The position numbers were made by a program, and so were the translations under genes. Below the pieces are notes generated by a model. It saw nothing but the letters and a program-made list of their open reading frames with translations, was not told the DNA's origin and made no database searches. DNA of 47,098 nt, filler included, from Catajapyx aquilonaris (lineage: Eukaryota), in NCBI GenBank assembly GCA_000934665.2. It is 2 parts of 2 records of this genome, joined end to end, with 100 filler letters (N's around TTAATTAATTAA, not from the genome) between each part and the next. Parts side by side here need not be neighbours in the genome. Positions count along the whole stretch, not along the records: positions 29,234 to 47,098 come from JYFJ02006836.1; 1 more part is not named here. One strand, given 5' to 3'. Below, in pieces: positions 35,609 through 47,098 of the stretch. Within the stretch, counting starts at the first letter, position 1. Each line of letters begins with the position of its first letter.

Positions 35609-38600
35609 CTGGAAGGTCAAAGAAGGAGGGGGTGTGACAACTGACAAGCAGACTGGGATTTCGGTGTCCCGTCTTGGAATCATGGCACGACACGAGACAA
35701 ATGACAATCCTCCATCTCCTAGTAACTATTTAACTGCCAATTTACCGTTTCCAACCCGGGATTTAGTGTCCCGTCTTGGAGTCGGGACACGCGACAAGAC
35801 AAATGCCAATCCCCCATAGCTATTTCTGCCAATTTCCCGTCTCCAAGACGGGATTTTGGTCAGTGTGCTGTCTTGAAGTCGGGACACGAGACGAGACAAA
35901 ACAACCCGTCTCCTAGATAAATTTTCCGTCAATGTTCCGTCTTCAAGACGGGTTTCGGTCGATGTCCCGTCTTGGAATCAGGACACGAGGAGAGACAAAA
36001 TTGCAAAACACCCTATTCTAGTCGAGATTTCGGTCCGTGTCCCGTCTCTAAAGGTGTGTTTATACCGTCTGGAAGTGACGGCAGTTCCGGCGAACTGGGT
36101 GCTTTGGCAACGGAAACCGTGGCCACCAGAAATAATGTCGCAAGGAATCGAGCGCCTCCGACCGCATTTCTCCCTAGGAGTCTTTTCTGCAAGGAGCAAG
36201 GAATTCCTAACCTCTGCTGTGCCCCTGCTGACCAATCAGAACCTTCCCCGTATGCGCGCGCACAGATGAGACGCCCATCCCTTTGCCTTTCTCTTTTTTC
36301 GAACCAATCAACGACGGTAGAGGGTGGAGTTTATCCCCCCCATCCAAGATGGCTGAACTGAGCAGTACAGCAAAGGAGCTCGGAAGGCTCCCCCGGCTCC
36401 CCCAGTCCCTCTCCCCGGCAGGAGGAGAAGCGGGTCATCCATGCTATTGCCCGGCCGCCCCTCCATCCCTCTACCCCCCCTCCATCCCCACCACTTCCAC
36501 CGGCCTCCAACCCCTCCTCGACCGCTCTTATCCCGCAATGGCGTAAACGGGTAGTACGACTCGAGTGCCCGGCAGGAAATTAGTTCGCCGGAACTGCCGT
36601 CACTTCCAGACGGTATAACGACACCTTAAGACGGAATTATGATGAATGTACCGTCTTGAAGTCAGGACGTGAGACGGGACGTAATGTCAATATCCCGTCT
36701 CCTAAATAAGATTCATGTGTCTCGTCTCCATGGCGGGATGTTGGTTGATGTCCCGTCTTGGAATTTCCATATCCCGTTTTGAAATAGGGACATCAGACGA
36801 AACAAATTGGCTATGTCCCGTCTCCAAGCCGGGATTTTGACGGATGTCCCGTCTTGATGTGTCCCATCTCCAAGACTGGGTTTCGGTCAATGACCTGTGT
36901 TAGAGGCGGGATAGGAGACAGCAAAACTGCTTTCCCGTCTACAAGTAGCGATTTCTGCCAATGTCCCGTCTCCAAGCCGTAATTTCGGTCGATGTCCCGT
37001 CTTGAAGTCGGGACATTAGGCGGAACAAATGACAAAATCCCGTCTCCTACATGAAATTTCTGCATGTGTCCCGTCTCCAGGCCGGCATATCGGTTCATGG
37101 TCAGTCTTGGAGTCGGGACACGAGACGGGGCAAAATGTCAATCCCGTCATCTATAGTAGCGATTTATGTCAATGTCTCATCTCCAAGGCTGGGTTTCATT
37201 CGATGTCCCGTCTTGGAGTCGGGACACGAGACGGGACAAAATGTCAATCCCGTCATTTATAGTAGCGATTTATGTCAATGTCTCATCTCCAAGGCTGGGT
37301 TTCATTCGATGTCCCGTCTTGGAGTCGGGACACGAGACGGGACAAAATGTCAATCCCGTCATCTATAGTAGCGATTTATGCCAATGTCTCATCTCCAAGG
37401 CTGAGTTTCAGTCGATATCCCGTCTTGGAGTCGGGACACGAGTCGGGGGCAAAAGGATAAAATCCCGTCTCCAAGTATAGGTAAATGCAAAGGCGGTACT
37501 GACAGGCACTTGGTGACCTCCACGGTCTGGGTGAAGTATCCCTCGTAGGGTATCTGCACCACGTATCTCCAGACTCCCTGGTAGTTCTTGGCGAACACTG
37601 GCGTGACATACTCCACCGCAGAGGGACACGGCGTCGGAGGACCCTCTTGTCCGACGTGGTTGTGGTTCTGGTGGTCAGCCGGGTGCGGATGACCCCTGTG
37701 GATACCGTGGTGGGGTCTAGGTGGAGGCGGTGGAGGTGGAGGGGCCGGAGGAAGGCCATAGGGACGACCTTTGCCCTTTGCCTCGTCTCGAGAGTCGTCC
37801 TGCCTGTTCAGAACGCCTCCCGACGCCAGAGGACGACCTCTAACCGCGTTGTACAGCATGCACAGTCTGTAAGAAAATGTCAAAATGTCAGTAGACCGTC
37901 TGGGTCAAAGGTCACGTTCACTCACACTCCGAAGCTCTTGTCGCACATCGCCTTGCTCTGTCTGTGCGAAATGTTTCCGAACTCGAAAGGTACGCTCTCC
38001 ACCGTCGCGTTGTTGAACGGCGCTTCAGTCGCTTCCCGCCTGATTCGATGCAACCCATTGGGCCTGGAAAAACCACTAGTTAATAGTAAATCATCAATAA
38101 TACACCGTGTGTTTCATAACGACTCAAACGTCAATGTGAGCTAACTTATGAAGCACACGGTATTCGTGTATAACGTATATGTGTAAAACGTGTATAACAC
38201 CGAAATATTGTATACGTGTATATAACGTATACGTGTATATAACGTATACGTGTATAACGTGTATAACGTATACGTGTATAACGTGTATAACGTATACGTG
38301 TATAACGTGTATAACGCGGTATACGTGTATAACGTAAAAATAGTGATTCTCAGCGCCATCTCTGCGTCCGGTACTAGAACTAACCTGTTTGGCCCGTAAA
38401 ATTGCTGATCACGTGACTCTTGATATTTGGCCACTTTGGGCAAGGTCTTGTCCTCTTTCAGTATGGGCAGGATTCGGCTGAAGAACTGCAGGGTCTTGTT
38501 CTTGATCAGTTCGCTGAAATGAAAGGTCAAAGGTCAACCAATATGTGGAGGTGACAAAACGTTGGCAACTCTGCCCCGACCCTCCAACTATGGACATAGA

Positions 38601-41600
38601 TGGCGCAGCCTCCCTCTCTGCACACTCCTGCCACTCTCAAGTCATGCGAGAGATAGTGTTACTATACATCAGCGAACAAATAAATCAGACGGAGAGAATA
38701 AGCCGATTAATTAAATGTGGCTATAGTACAGCCGACGACATTGCCTACATTTTCACACGTTATTATACACCTGGCATGGGAACCTCGAGACTTACTTTTC
38801 ATGGTCTACTTGCCATGATGACGAACCTTATTCGAACATTAAGGCCTTACGATAACTACTTTTTTTCCCCCCTCTTCCGCCATCTTCCCATTGACTGTTA
38901 TGTTGAATGTACCGTAATATCTCTCGTCTCTCTCTCTCAAAATAAACCCTTTGGTTCCCATCCGGGAAAAGGTACACGACCACCTCTCTCTATAGAGAAG
39001 AAGAGTTTTTTTTTTCTCTCTTCCCCATCCCCCTCCCTCCCCCCTTCTCTTCTTCTTGTTCCATCTTTTCTTTGTGGGGTGTCTGTAACGGTAACCGTGA
39101 CTGTAAAAACGACTGCTCACAAAGGATAGACGCTGTGCAGCACGTTCTGGCCCAGGGGGTTGCGGGGAAGGTAGCCCTTGTTGAGGTCACCGCAAAGGTT
39201 GTCCAGGGAGCTCGAGGTGCCATCCTCCTGGACGTTGTTGCCCGTACCTGCAGTCGGAAAGAGTTTAAAAATAGATTAGATGTAGTCAAAAAATTAAATA
39301 GGCTGTTTCGTATTTTAAAATGGCGCTTGGCGGGTGGAAAATGCTGAGGTGATGGAAGTGTCGTAGACACGTGCAATGGGACGGGAGTGTGATCATTGTG
39401 GCAGTCCTGACCTACTGACTTGGTCAGAACTCCATTCCAAATCAAAATACAGAAAATTTACAGATTATATTATATTACATTACATTTTTGTTATATTTTA
39501 TTATATTTTTATTGTATTGTACATTTATGGCTGTATTATTATATATTTATTGTCATATTCTATTTTATTTCATCATTTTGTTTTATTTTATCTTATTTTA
39601 TCAATTTATTATATTTCAATAATTATTTATCGTATAGTTATATTATTTTTTATATATTCATTATTTTTATACTTATATTTATATTATATTTTTATTGCTT
39701 GGTATATTGTTTTATTTGTATCGTAGCGTATTGTTTTATTTTTATTTTTACATATTTATTGTATTTTTATTTTTATTTTTACATATTTATTGCCGTATTT
39801 TATTATATTATCTTATGACATTATATATTAATATATTGTGGCATTATGGTATATTATATTAATTCGAGTGAATTAATTAATTAATGAAAATGTATAATAA
39901 GAAAACGAGTAAATTAATTAATTAATGAAAATGTATAAGAAAACGAGTTAATTAATTAATTAATTAATGAAAATGTATAAGAAAACGAGTATATTTATCA
40001 ATGTTAATATTTAATGAAATATATTATCGATTTTCATTTAATCAATGATTGTCATATTACTTTTTAAATCAATACAATAAATTACTGTGGGTAGAATTTC
40101 CGTCCCACTGATAGTATGTTACTGCTAACTTAGTAGTGCTAGGTGGCAATGGTACTGCTAACTTAGAAGTAACGAGCAGTGCAGTGGTACGAAAATTCGA
40201 CCTTACATGACTCTGCAATAATAAATAGTAGGCTATAGACACATGTATTATGAAGTCAGAGACATGTCAATGTATAAAATAAATTAATAAAGTGAACAAA
40301 TTACACCAATAATAACTCTTATTCCCACCCGGCTACAGAACGTCATGACAATACATTTGCGAAACATCCTGTACACCAATCACTTTTGCAGAACTGGATT
40401 TCTAGGTTGATCCTGCTCTAAATTAGCATAAGAACGGACCGTACGGTACAGGGACCTTTTTTTTTAAACCCGGCATGTCGTCACACGTCATGTGTCATAC
40501 CGGGACAGTCCACGTCGGACGTGACGTAAGGAGGCTTCCGTAGCTTTGGTGGAGACCTGGACGGAGACTCTTCGAACGGGAAGTACCCCTCCGGATAATC
40601 CGGGTAATCCGACGCTCGGGTGTGTATCAGCACCACCACAAGTATAATTATGGTCACCTGCAATTTTAAAAAATTAATTAAATTAAACAATGCAATGAAA
40701 ATTTAATTAGTTCGACTCCACCGCCCCCAAATCGGATTGTTGCACGGATATAACAGTAACGTCAATTTCCGGTGACTACAACAATCCCTTTATTTTCCGG
40801 AGGGTCAAAAGATGACCTGTGCCACACATTGTTTCGTACTGCCCCATTACCCCGTTGATCCAGTGTGCTCCGGATGCATGTCATGAAGGTGGAATGCTGC
40901 GTAACTGGAAGCTCCGGATTAGCACACAACAAATGGTGTCTGCTAAAACCAGGTTTTATCACATGCTAGAAAAACCAGGCGGAGTTTCCTACAGCCAGAG
41001 GGCAAATTATATGCCCATATTGTCTTAAAAAAAGAGGCCATATTGGATCCAAAATGGCCGACATAAGGGGTGTGAAATAATATAGGCATTTCTTCTGTGC
41101 CAAAGTCTGTTGGCTTCTGCTAAGCATTATTTGTTTGTTTGTTTGTTTCCAGTGCAGAACAAGATTTCGCAGATCAATACAGGGTGTCACCAGAAAAGGT
41201 GGTGGTAGAGGGTGCTGGTGTGAGCATTTTTGCATAAGGAACTAGGGGTCGGAAACGCACCCTCACCGAGTTACGCCCCTTTCAAGTTTGCGGCAGGCAG
41301 TGTGCAAGAGGCGTGCGGCTTGCGGCGGAGTGGCTCGGTGAGGGTGCGTTTCCGACCCCTAGTTCCTTATGGAAAAATGCTCACACCTGCGCCCTCTACC
41401 ACCACCTTTTCTGGTGACACGCTTAGGATTTACACCCTGTATAAACATAACTTGCCGATTCTAAATTAAGGATATAAATAGCATTAGTTAAAAATTTATA
41501 TCATACGCATCAATATGTTATTTACACTATTATCTATTAATTAGATTGTCGAATTAGTTTTATTCCATTTAGCATATATTTTGTTTGCTTTAAGGCCTTA

Positions 41601-43300
41601 TTTTACTTATTTAGTGATTTAATTGTATTTTTAATTTGTGCAATTTCAGAGTAATAATTAATGACATGTAATCCGCGTCAATATTTATGCCATTTACGTA
41701 CAGTACAATACTTTTGGTTTATTCATTTATTCTATATCCGCTACATTAGTTTTATTAAACTTGCAATATTTATTTTAATATCTTAATTTACTTCACCTGT
41801 TACTCCAATTTTATTTATTTTTAAATTTTGACTGTTTTAATACAGTAATATAATTGCAATCATTCTAACAGACACGTGCAACAATGCCATCAATTATTCC
41901 ATCAGGTCACAACAATAAGACCGATATACTGTACATTATTTTTCGAACCCACATTTTCTTCCCACATCAGATTTATTGTGACCTATCTTGACTCTGCCAT
42001 CTGAAGGTGACCCCCACTCATATACACTTCCACAGCTAATCAAACAATGAGGTTGACATAAATTGGAGGTCAGCCCTGCAAAATCCACGTGCTTTTTTTG
42101 CCACTTTTTTTTTTGTTCAAATCACAAGTCACGTAGAGGTCACCGAAGCGTGACCTGAGATCATGTGTGGAATCTGGGTGCAAAGTTTTGTATTTCGGTT
42201 GGTCAGGCGCTGATATTTCATATTTTTTTTAAAGAGGCGTTACATATACGTGCCTAGGTCACGGGGTCATCCGGGAGACCATCACATTGTTAGCGGCTTC
42301 CGGTCAGCTGACCATGTCATTTTTAAAATTATAAAATCGGGAACTTGGCTTTTTTTATGTAAGTAGTAGCTACTAAAAGGCCGGTTTATTGACCTACTAA
42401 TAGCAGCTACTAGTAACCATGATTATAAACTATCAGTTGCACCAACTCACATTAAAAGATAATCTTCAGCTTACCTATTATTAATTCACATTTATTTTAA
42501 CCTCAGATTTGTTAAATTTTCACATTAGCTATAGTGTGAATTTATATTTATACGATGTCCCTCATTATTAATTTATATTTATAATAAGTTATTTCAAATT
42601 GGCTAAATTGTAAGTAATATTTATTATAGCAGATTACCTGATTTATATTATTTTATAATCTCAAATTTAATTGCTTAATATCTACCGACACAAATTAGGC
42701 AATAAAATATGATATTATAAATATAAATGACATGTAATCTGCGATTATAAAAAATATTGCTCACAATTTAGGTACTATATACGCCAAATTGTTTCATACC
42801 CCCGGGGTATGAAACAATTTGGCGTATATAGTACAATAAGTATAAATATCACTGCGCTAATATTGAGGTAAATAGACCTACAAACTGTGCCGAACAATTA
42901 GGGCGCTTTAATACGCACCGTTTAATAAATAGAAGTGTCACGCATTTTAAACACAATTATTGAAGATATGAAGTGCACTCACATTTTTGGGGGGGGGGGC
43001 CAAAGTTGCTTAATAAATTTATATAAATTAATATATTATTTAATTATATATATGTCAAACACTGTGAACATGAGTACACGACTGGTGGGAATTCTCGTCC
43101 TCTATAGTCACTGCTAACTTAGCAGTGTACCAGTGTTGCTACTGCTAAGTTAGCAGTAACTAGCAGTGGGAATTCCACCCAATTTTTTTTTTTGTGATTT
43201 AATTGTCACATGTCACTTTACCAACAATGTAACTTCACATTTTTTTCTAATATAAAAAAACGGTATGTCACTATAATTATTGTCACTTTACCTTATGCAT
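35209..43300 (-). CDS. spz6: Spaetzle-family cystine-knot Toll ligand, spz6-like; 7 coding exons, 1323 nt, 440 aa
   Basis: Exons 43292-43300, 40501-40657, 39121-39247, 38385-38513, 37926-38063, 37504-37866 and 35209-35608. All introns are GT-AG with matching phases. Signal peptide, RIRR furin-like site, and motifs CPSAVEYVTPVFAKNYQGVWRYVVQIPYEGYFTQTVEVTKC and CDGFDDIGCFQVRLYYDWFLIPGSCKCW. Confidence 0.88.
35655..37478. repeat. Intronic satellite array of about 106-bp units
   Basis: TCTTGGAGTCGGGACACGAG at 37105, 37211, 37317 and 37423 (period 106), with degenerate units extending to about 35655. Confidence 0.88.
36052..36626. mobile_element. PIF/Harbinger MITE (575 bp) inserted in the 106-bp array
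   Basis: About 45-bp TIR AGGTGTGTTTATACCGTCTGGAAGTGACGGCAGTTCCGGCGAACT with TAA TSD. Removing it restores the unit GTCCCGTCTCTAAGACGG. Confidence 0.9.
37504..37866 (-). CDS. spz6: spz6-like exon 6 (LCMLYNAV...TVEVTKCL)
   Basis: Acceptor ttttcttacAG|, donor |GTCAGT. 363 nt, phase 2 to 2. Confidence 0.88.
37926..38063 (-). CDS. spz6: spz6-like exon 5 (PNGLHRIRREATE...MCDKSFGV)
   Basis: Acceptor ttttccAG|, donor |GTGAGT. 138 nt, phase 2 to 2, followed by a 59-nt intron. Confidence 0.82.
38165..38335. repeat. Intronic simple repeat (CGTATACGTGTATAA-type)
   Basis: Tandem degenerate 9-15 nt units, giving the spurious YTLYT peptide in the ORF track. Confidence 0.85.
38385..38513 (-). CDS. spz6: spz6-like exon 4 (ELIKNKTLQFFSRILPILKEDKTLPKVAKY...)
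   Basis: Acceptor tttcatttcAG|, donor AG|GTTAGT. 129 nt, phase 2 to 2. Confidence 0.87.
39121..39247 (-). CDS. spz6: spz6-like exon 3 (...LDNLCGDLNKGYLPRNPLGQNVLHSVYPF)
   Basis: Acceptor ctttccgactgcAG|, donor |GTGAGC. 127 nt, phase 1 to 2. Confidence 0.87.
40501..40657 (-). CDS. spz6: spz6-like exon 2 (VTIIILVVVLIHTRASDYPDYPEGYFPFEES...DVDCP)
   Basis: Acceptor ttgcAG|, donor G|GTATGA. 157 nt, phase 0 to 1. Encodes the hydrophobic signal core. Confidence 0.87.
41180..41439. mobile_element. Palindromic mariner-type MITE in spz6 intron 1
   Basis: TA|CAGGGTGT ... ACACCCTG|TA, with arms pairing over about 90 bp. Confidence 0.85.
42772..42834. repeat. Perfect 63-bp palindrome (31-bp arms, 1-nt centre)
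   Basis: GTACTATATACGCCAAATTGTTTCATACCCC-C-GGGGTATGAAACAATTTGGCGTATATAGTAC. Confidence 0.92.
43292..43300 (-). CDS. spz6: Candidate spz6-like first coding segment (ATG CAT AAG = MHK)
   Basis: ATGCATAAG|GTAAAG is a phase-0 donor and completes a typical signal peptide MHKVTIIILVVVLIHTRAS. Confidence 0.6.
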
Positions 43301-44028
43301 ATCAACCTCCTCAGGTGACCAAAGAGCGCCAGTCCTCTTTCCAGTTCAAACCACTAGTACAACCTCACTAAGATCACTATTGGTGACTTGATGACTCCAC
43401 CAGTTGAAACACACGCACACAGAGACAATAAAAGTGCGCGTCCCTTCCAGTGTGTTCTGCACACCCTTGATTGTTGAGGAGTTCAAGGCGTCTGTGGCCC
43501 CTTAGGAGAAAGAGGAATGCCTTCCGTGTCCTCCACCCCCTGATGCCCACCTTCCTTCCCCCAGCACATCCCTCCTCCTCATATCTTCACCTCACCCACT
43601 TTTCCTCTTCTGGATGCTCTTTACCTACGTGTCAACCTGTTCCTTCCCATACCACAGCCAGCAGCAGGGGATCATGGGGGATACTCCTCCTAACCAACAT
43701 TCCTCTTCAGTGGATCATCAACATGGGGTTAATAACCACACACACACTGTGGCCATACAAAGAGATCCACCACACGTGCTTGGAGGCTATTATTTTGATC
43801 CCATTTTAAGATTTTGTTGGATTCAGTCTGTATGAGGCCATCTTTAATCGAGATTATGATATAATACATTATATCAGACATATTCATGTTTAATTTATTA
43901 GTAGGTAATTTATTATCAATATATTAGTCGACATTTTGGAAATGTACTTATTCATAATTTGTTAATTATACTATATAATTTTTATATATTATACTATATA
44001 ATTTTTATATATTATACTATATATATAT

Positions 44029-44369
44029 ATTTTTTTTTTTTCATTACCCCACGGGGGGAGTTACATACTCCTTAGGGGGGGTGGGTTACCACCTTTGGAA
44101 ATTTGTGTTGGAGCGGGTTTAAGAATAATCTTAATTAGTATGCTCCAAGGGTGGGTGGGAGGGGATGTGCAAAGTGCAAGTGCAATGTCTCTAATCGTCA
44201 TTTTGTGAACTCCCCCGGGTGGCTTAGTCTGTCGGAAATTGCCACCCGAAACGAAGCCAGAGATGGCCCAACTCTGCACGAAAGAAGGTGGGAACCCCGG
44301 GTGGGGATTGAACCCGGGACCTTAACTTCCGTGGGCGCGCGCGTTACCGCGGCGCCACTCCGTCTCCCC
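44029..44369 (-). mobile_element. tRNA-derived SINE, copy 2
   Basis: Head and core are near-identical to 11219-11430. Poly(A) tail at 44029-44041. Inserted in an AT-rich simple repeat. Confidence 0.88.
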
Positions 44370-46163
44370 AATATATTATACTATATAAAAATATATTATT
44401 ATACTATAATTTTTTTATATTATACTATATAAAAATATATTATTATACTATATAAAAATATGTTATTATACTATATAAAAATATATTATTATACTATATA
44501 AATTATTTGATATATTATACTATATAAATTATTTGATATATTATACTGATATTTATCTATCGTCAATATTATTAATTTGTTGGCGACATATTTATTGATA
44601 TTTTGTCAATGTATTTATTGATAATTTATTAATAACTCAATATTTTTATTATATTATATTGGTATTATTCATTTATCGTCAATATTTTTGTATTAATTTA
44701 TTGGCGACATATTTATCGATATTTTTGTCAGTGTATTCTAATATTATCTTATTTATTATATTGGCAAATATTAATAATTTATCGTCAAAATTGTCATTAA
44801 TTAATTGTCAATATAATGTTATTTACACACTATATTGCATTAATATTATTAATTTATTGCCAGCATATTGTAGCCTACTGTTTATAATTTATTCTACTAT
44901 TGTTTTATTAGTAATTATAAAACGATGTAGTAATAAATTTATTATATTAAATATATTAAATACGAAACCAAAACAGTTATAAATGTTATAAATACGTTAT
45001 TATTTATTATATACTAGCGATATCTATTATACATTATTCATTTTATATTGTTAATTGTGTATTGGTTTAGGTATAATATGTATGATTTATTGTATGCTAT
45101 TTTAATTACCATATACTGTTATTTACTTAAATTTGAATTAATACGACTTGACGTTATATTTATTCCAAAATCAAATTAGACCATTTTCTACTTGATATCA
45201 GTAATTAAAATCCTGCTTTTTCTGCATTTGACTCTAATCAAGATTACGTGGCGAAAAATCACTTCGTGATTAATATTTTCCTTCACAATTTTACAATCGC
45301 CATAAATGCAATCGAATTTTTTTTATACATCTAATTGCTCATTATTATTATTTTGTCCCGGTTCTAATCCGGGGAATAAATAATGTGGGACCTTGTTAAC
45401 CCTCGCATCATAATTATCTAGCCCTAATTATCGCAATTGCAAGTTACCTACTTCCCATGTACCACCAAAGAAAGATTTTTTTAAAAACCTTTTCCTTTGC
45501 CACAAACAATAAAGGCCTAGGAAGAAATTTCATGAACACCGGACGATACACCCGGACAGTTATTCACTTTTGTTGTTTAAACATTTTTTTTTTTTTTTAA
45601 ATTTCTCACATTTCTTTTTTCCATCCATGGAAAGGCATCATGATTCAACTTTCGCTTGTTGGCAAAGGAAGTTCTTTTCGGTTGTTTCTCCAGTTAACTG
45701 TTGACTCACAGTGAAAACTACGTCACGTACAGTTACCTTCATTAATATTGCATGACTTTTTTTTCCTCTTTCAAAAAATTTTTTTTTTAAAGGAGAAGCT
45801 ATAGTGGGGGTGTTTTACAGTGACTGCCAAGTGTCAGTGTGTATAACACCACCCCCTAAGGGCGACCTTTGTATAACTGGACTTGGACCACACTCCACCT
45901 CCTCCATTCTTTCAGAGAGGTCTTTGCCTCCTTGGGAGAGACGAGGGATGAATGGCTTATAATATGGCCACCACCACCACCACCACCACCACAACCCACC
46001 AACTAACCGGTCATGAATTTTGGGCAAAACTGTGCCGAGTCAGGTTGCGTCATACCTGGTCCATTCATACGACGTTCAAATTACTTTTATTCATTTCACT
46101 ATGCTGCATATAATCATGTTTCCTTCATTTTCTGTAATTATTTTATACATACTCTATTTAACT

Positions 46164-46339
46164 CATGTTGCTGTATTTACTTATGTTTAATTACTTATTG
46201 TTCACACGTATAATTGCATAGAAATTATTTTGACAATTACGGTTCAAGCAGCATGTTGCTGCATTTACTTATGTTTAATTACTTATTGTTCACACGTATA
46301 ATTGCATAGAAATTATTTTTGACAATTACGGTTCAAGCA
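46164..46339. repeat. Tandem duplication of about 88 bp
   Basis: CATGTTGCTG..TTTACTTATG...ACGGTTCAAGCAG occurs twice back to back. Confidence 0.85.
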
Positions 46340-47098
46340 GGCCTTTTGACATTATTTTCTCTTAACGGCCTTTTTATGTTCCCATAAAATTGTTCTTCGG
46401 AACAATTTCATTAAACAGACCGTTAAACAGTGACACAGCCTGGGTTGAAATCGTCTGGTCTCTGGGGACGTAAAACTCTAGAAATAATAAAACGGAGCAT
46501 TATTATTATTGTCACTGGCCCGTCACTAATTGGGAGCTCTCTGATGATAAGCAACGATATCTCATCATCTTCATACGAGCCACAAGAAGAAGTTTCACTG
46601 GTTGCCCACTACACATTGGAAGCCTTGACTTTCATACTCACGCCAAAACAATGTGGACCATCATGATCTGGGAGAGAGAGAGGTTTTTTCTTCCAAGAAC
46701 TCCTCTTGACCCATTTCACACCCACTTCCTCCTGCGGCTTGGGTCGGATTGTTATCCCTGCCCCCCACCCCAAGCAACCGAGTTCCAACTGTTGCTTTAA
46801 AACCAGCCAGTAGCAGGAACATATCTATAAAAAAAACAACAATTAATGTGTAATACGTTAATAATAATGTCGCCTTCTTGCAGAGTGTAACAATGTTCGT
46901 ATGATCTGATTCCCAACGTTTCGTTGACGGGGGCCTAGATACGAATGGGTTTGGCTTCCCTTGAATAATATGGCACCCAACCACGAACGAAGAAGTTTTC
47001 TCCTCCGGGTAAGTGTTTGTGAGGGCCACACACAATGGATGGGGGGGGGAGCTAGTTTTCCACACTGAAACACAATCATGTTGGCTGAAAAGGTGGGG

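Noticed and set aside
35099..35707. 202-aa minus ORF and antisense ORFs over the spz6 and IR exons
   Set aside because: Alternative-frame shadows of GC-rich coding exons; the conserved Cys pattern is in a different frame.
37105..37445. CRISPR-like regularly spaced repeats
   Set aside because: The intervening sequences are also identical (tandem 106-bp satellite), the context is a eukaryotic intron, and no cas genes are present.
39376..39818. Hydrophobic I/Y/F-rich ORFs (also 44659-44982)
   Set aside because: Translations of AT-rich low-complexity sequence.
46690..46815. Twister-ribozyme-like motif on the minus strand (CCGACCCAAGCCGCAGGAGG)
   Set aside because: Only partial similarity to the GUCCCAAGCCC core, and I could not build the required stems and pseudoknots by eye. 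An Infernal search with Rfam twister models would decide.

Overview
Eukaryotic genomic DNA, almost certainly arthropod, and dominated by transposon remnants. Three host genes can be read. (1) A complete 7-exon Spaetzle-family gene (spz6-like) on the minus strand, 35209-43300, about 440 aa, with all splice phases consistent. (2) An intronless divergent ionotropic (variant iGluR, chemosensory-type) receptor on the minus strand, 31715-33748. (3) The probable last two coding exons of an unidentified plus-strand gene (5713-5903 and 9663-10206) ending in a PDZ-type motif. The rest is a mosaic of non-autonomous elements: Tc1/mariner and pogo-like MITEs, PIF/Harbinger, hAT/P-like, piggyBac-like, Sola2 foldbacks (one with a transposase remnant), a Transib-like MITE with RSS-like ends, Helitrons, two tRNA-SINEs, a 300-bp solo LTR, an RTE-type 5' UTR and satellite arrays. 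Notable points are the high density of long foldbacks and palindromes, and multi-level nests whose boundaries are supported by empty paralogous sites inside the window. An artificial 100-bp gap linker lies at 29134-29233. Family assignments come from motif recognition, not database searches. No prokaryotic-type system (CRISPR, operons) is present, and most short ORFs in the track are spurious.
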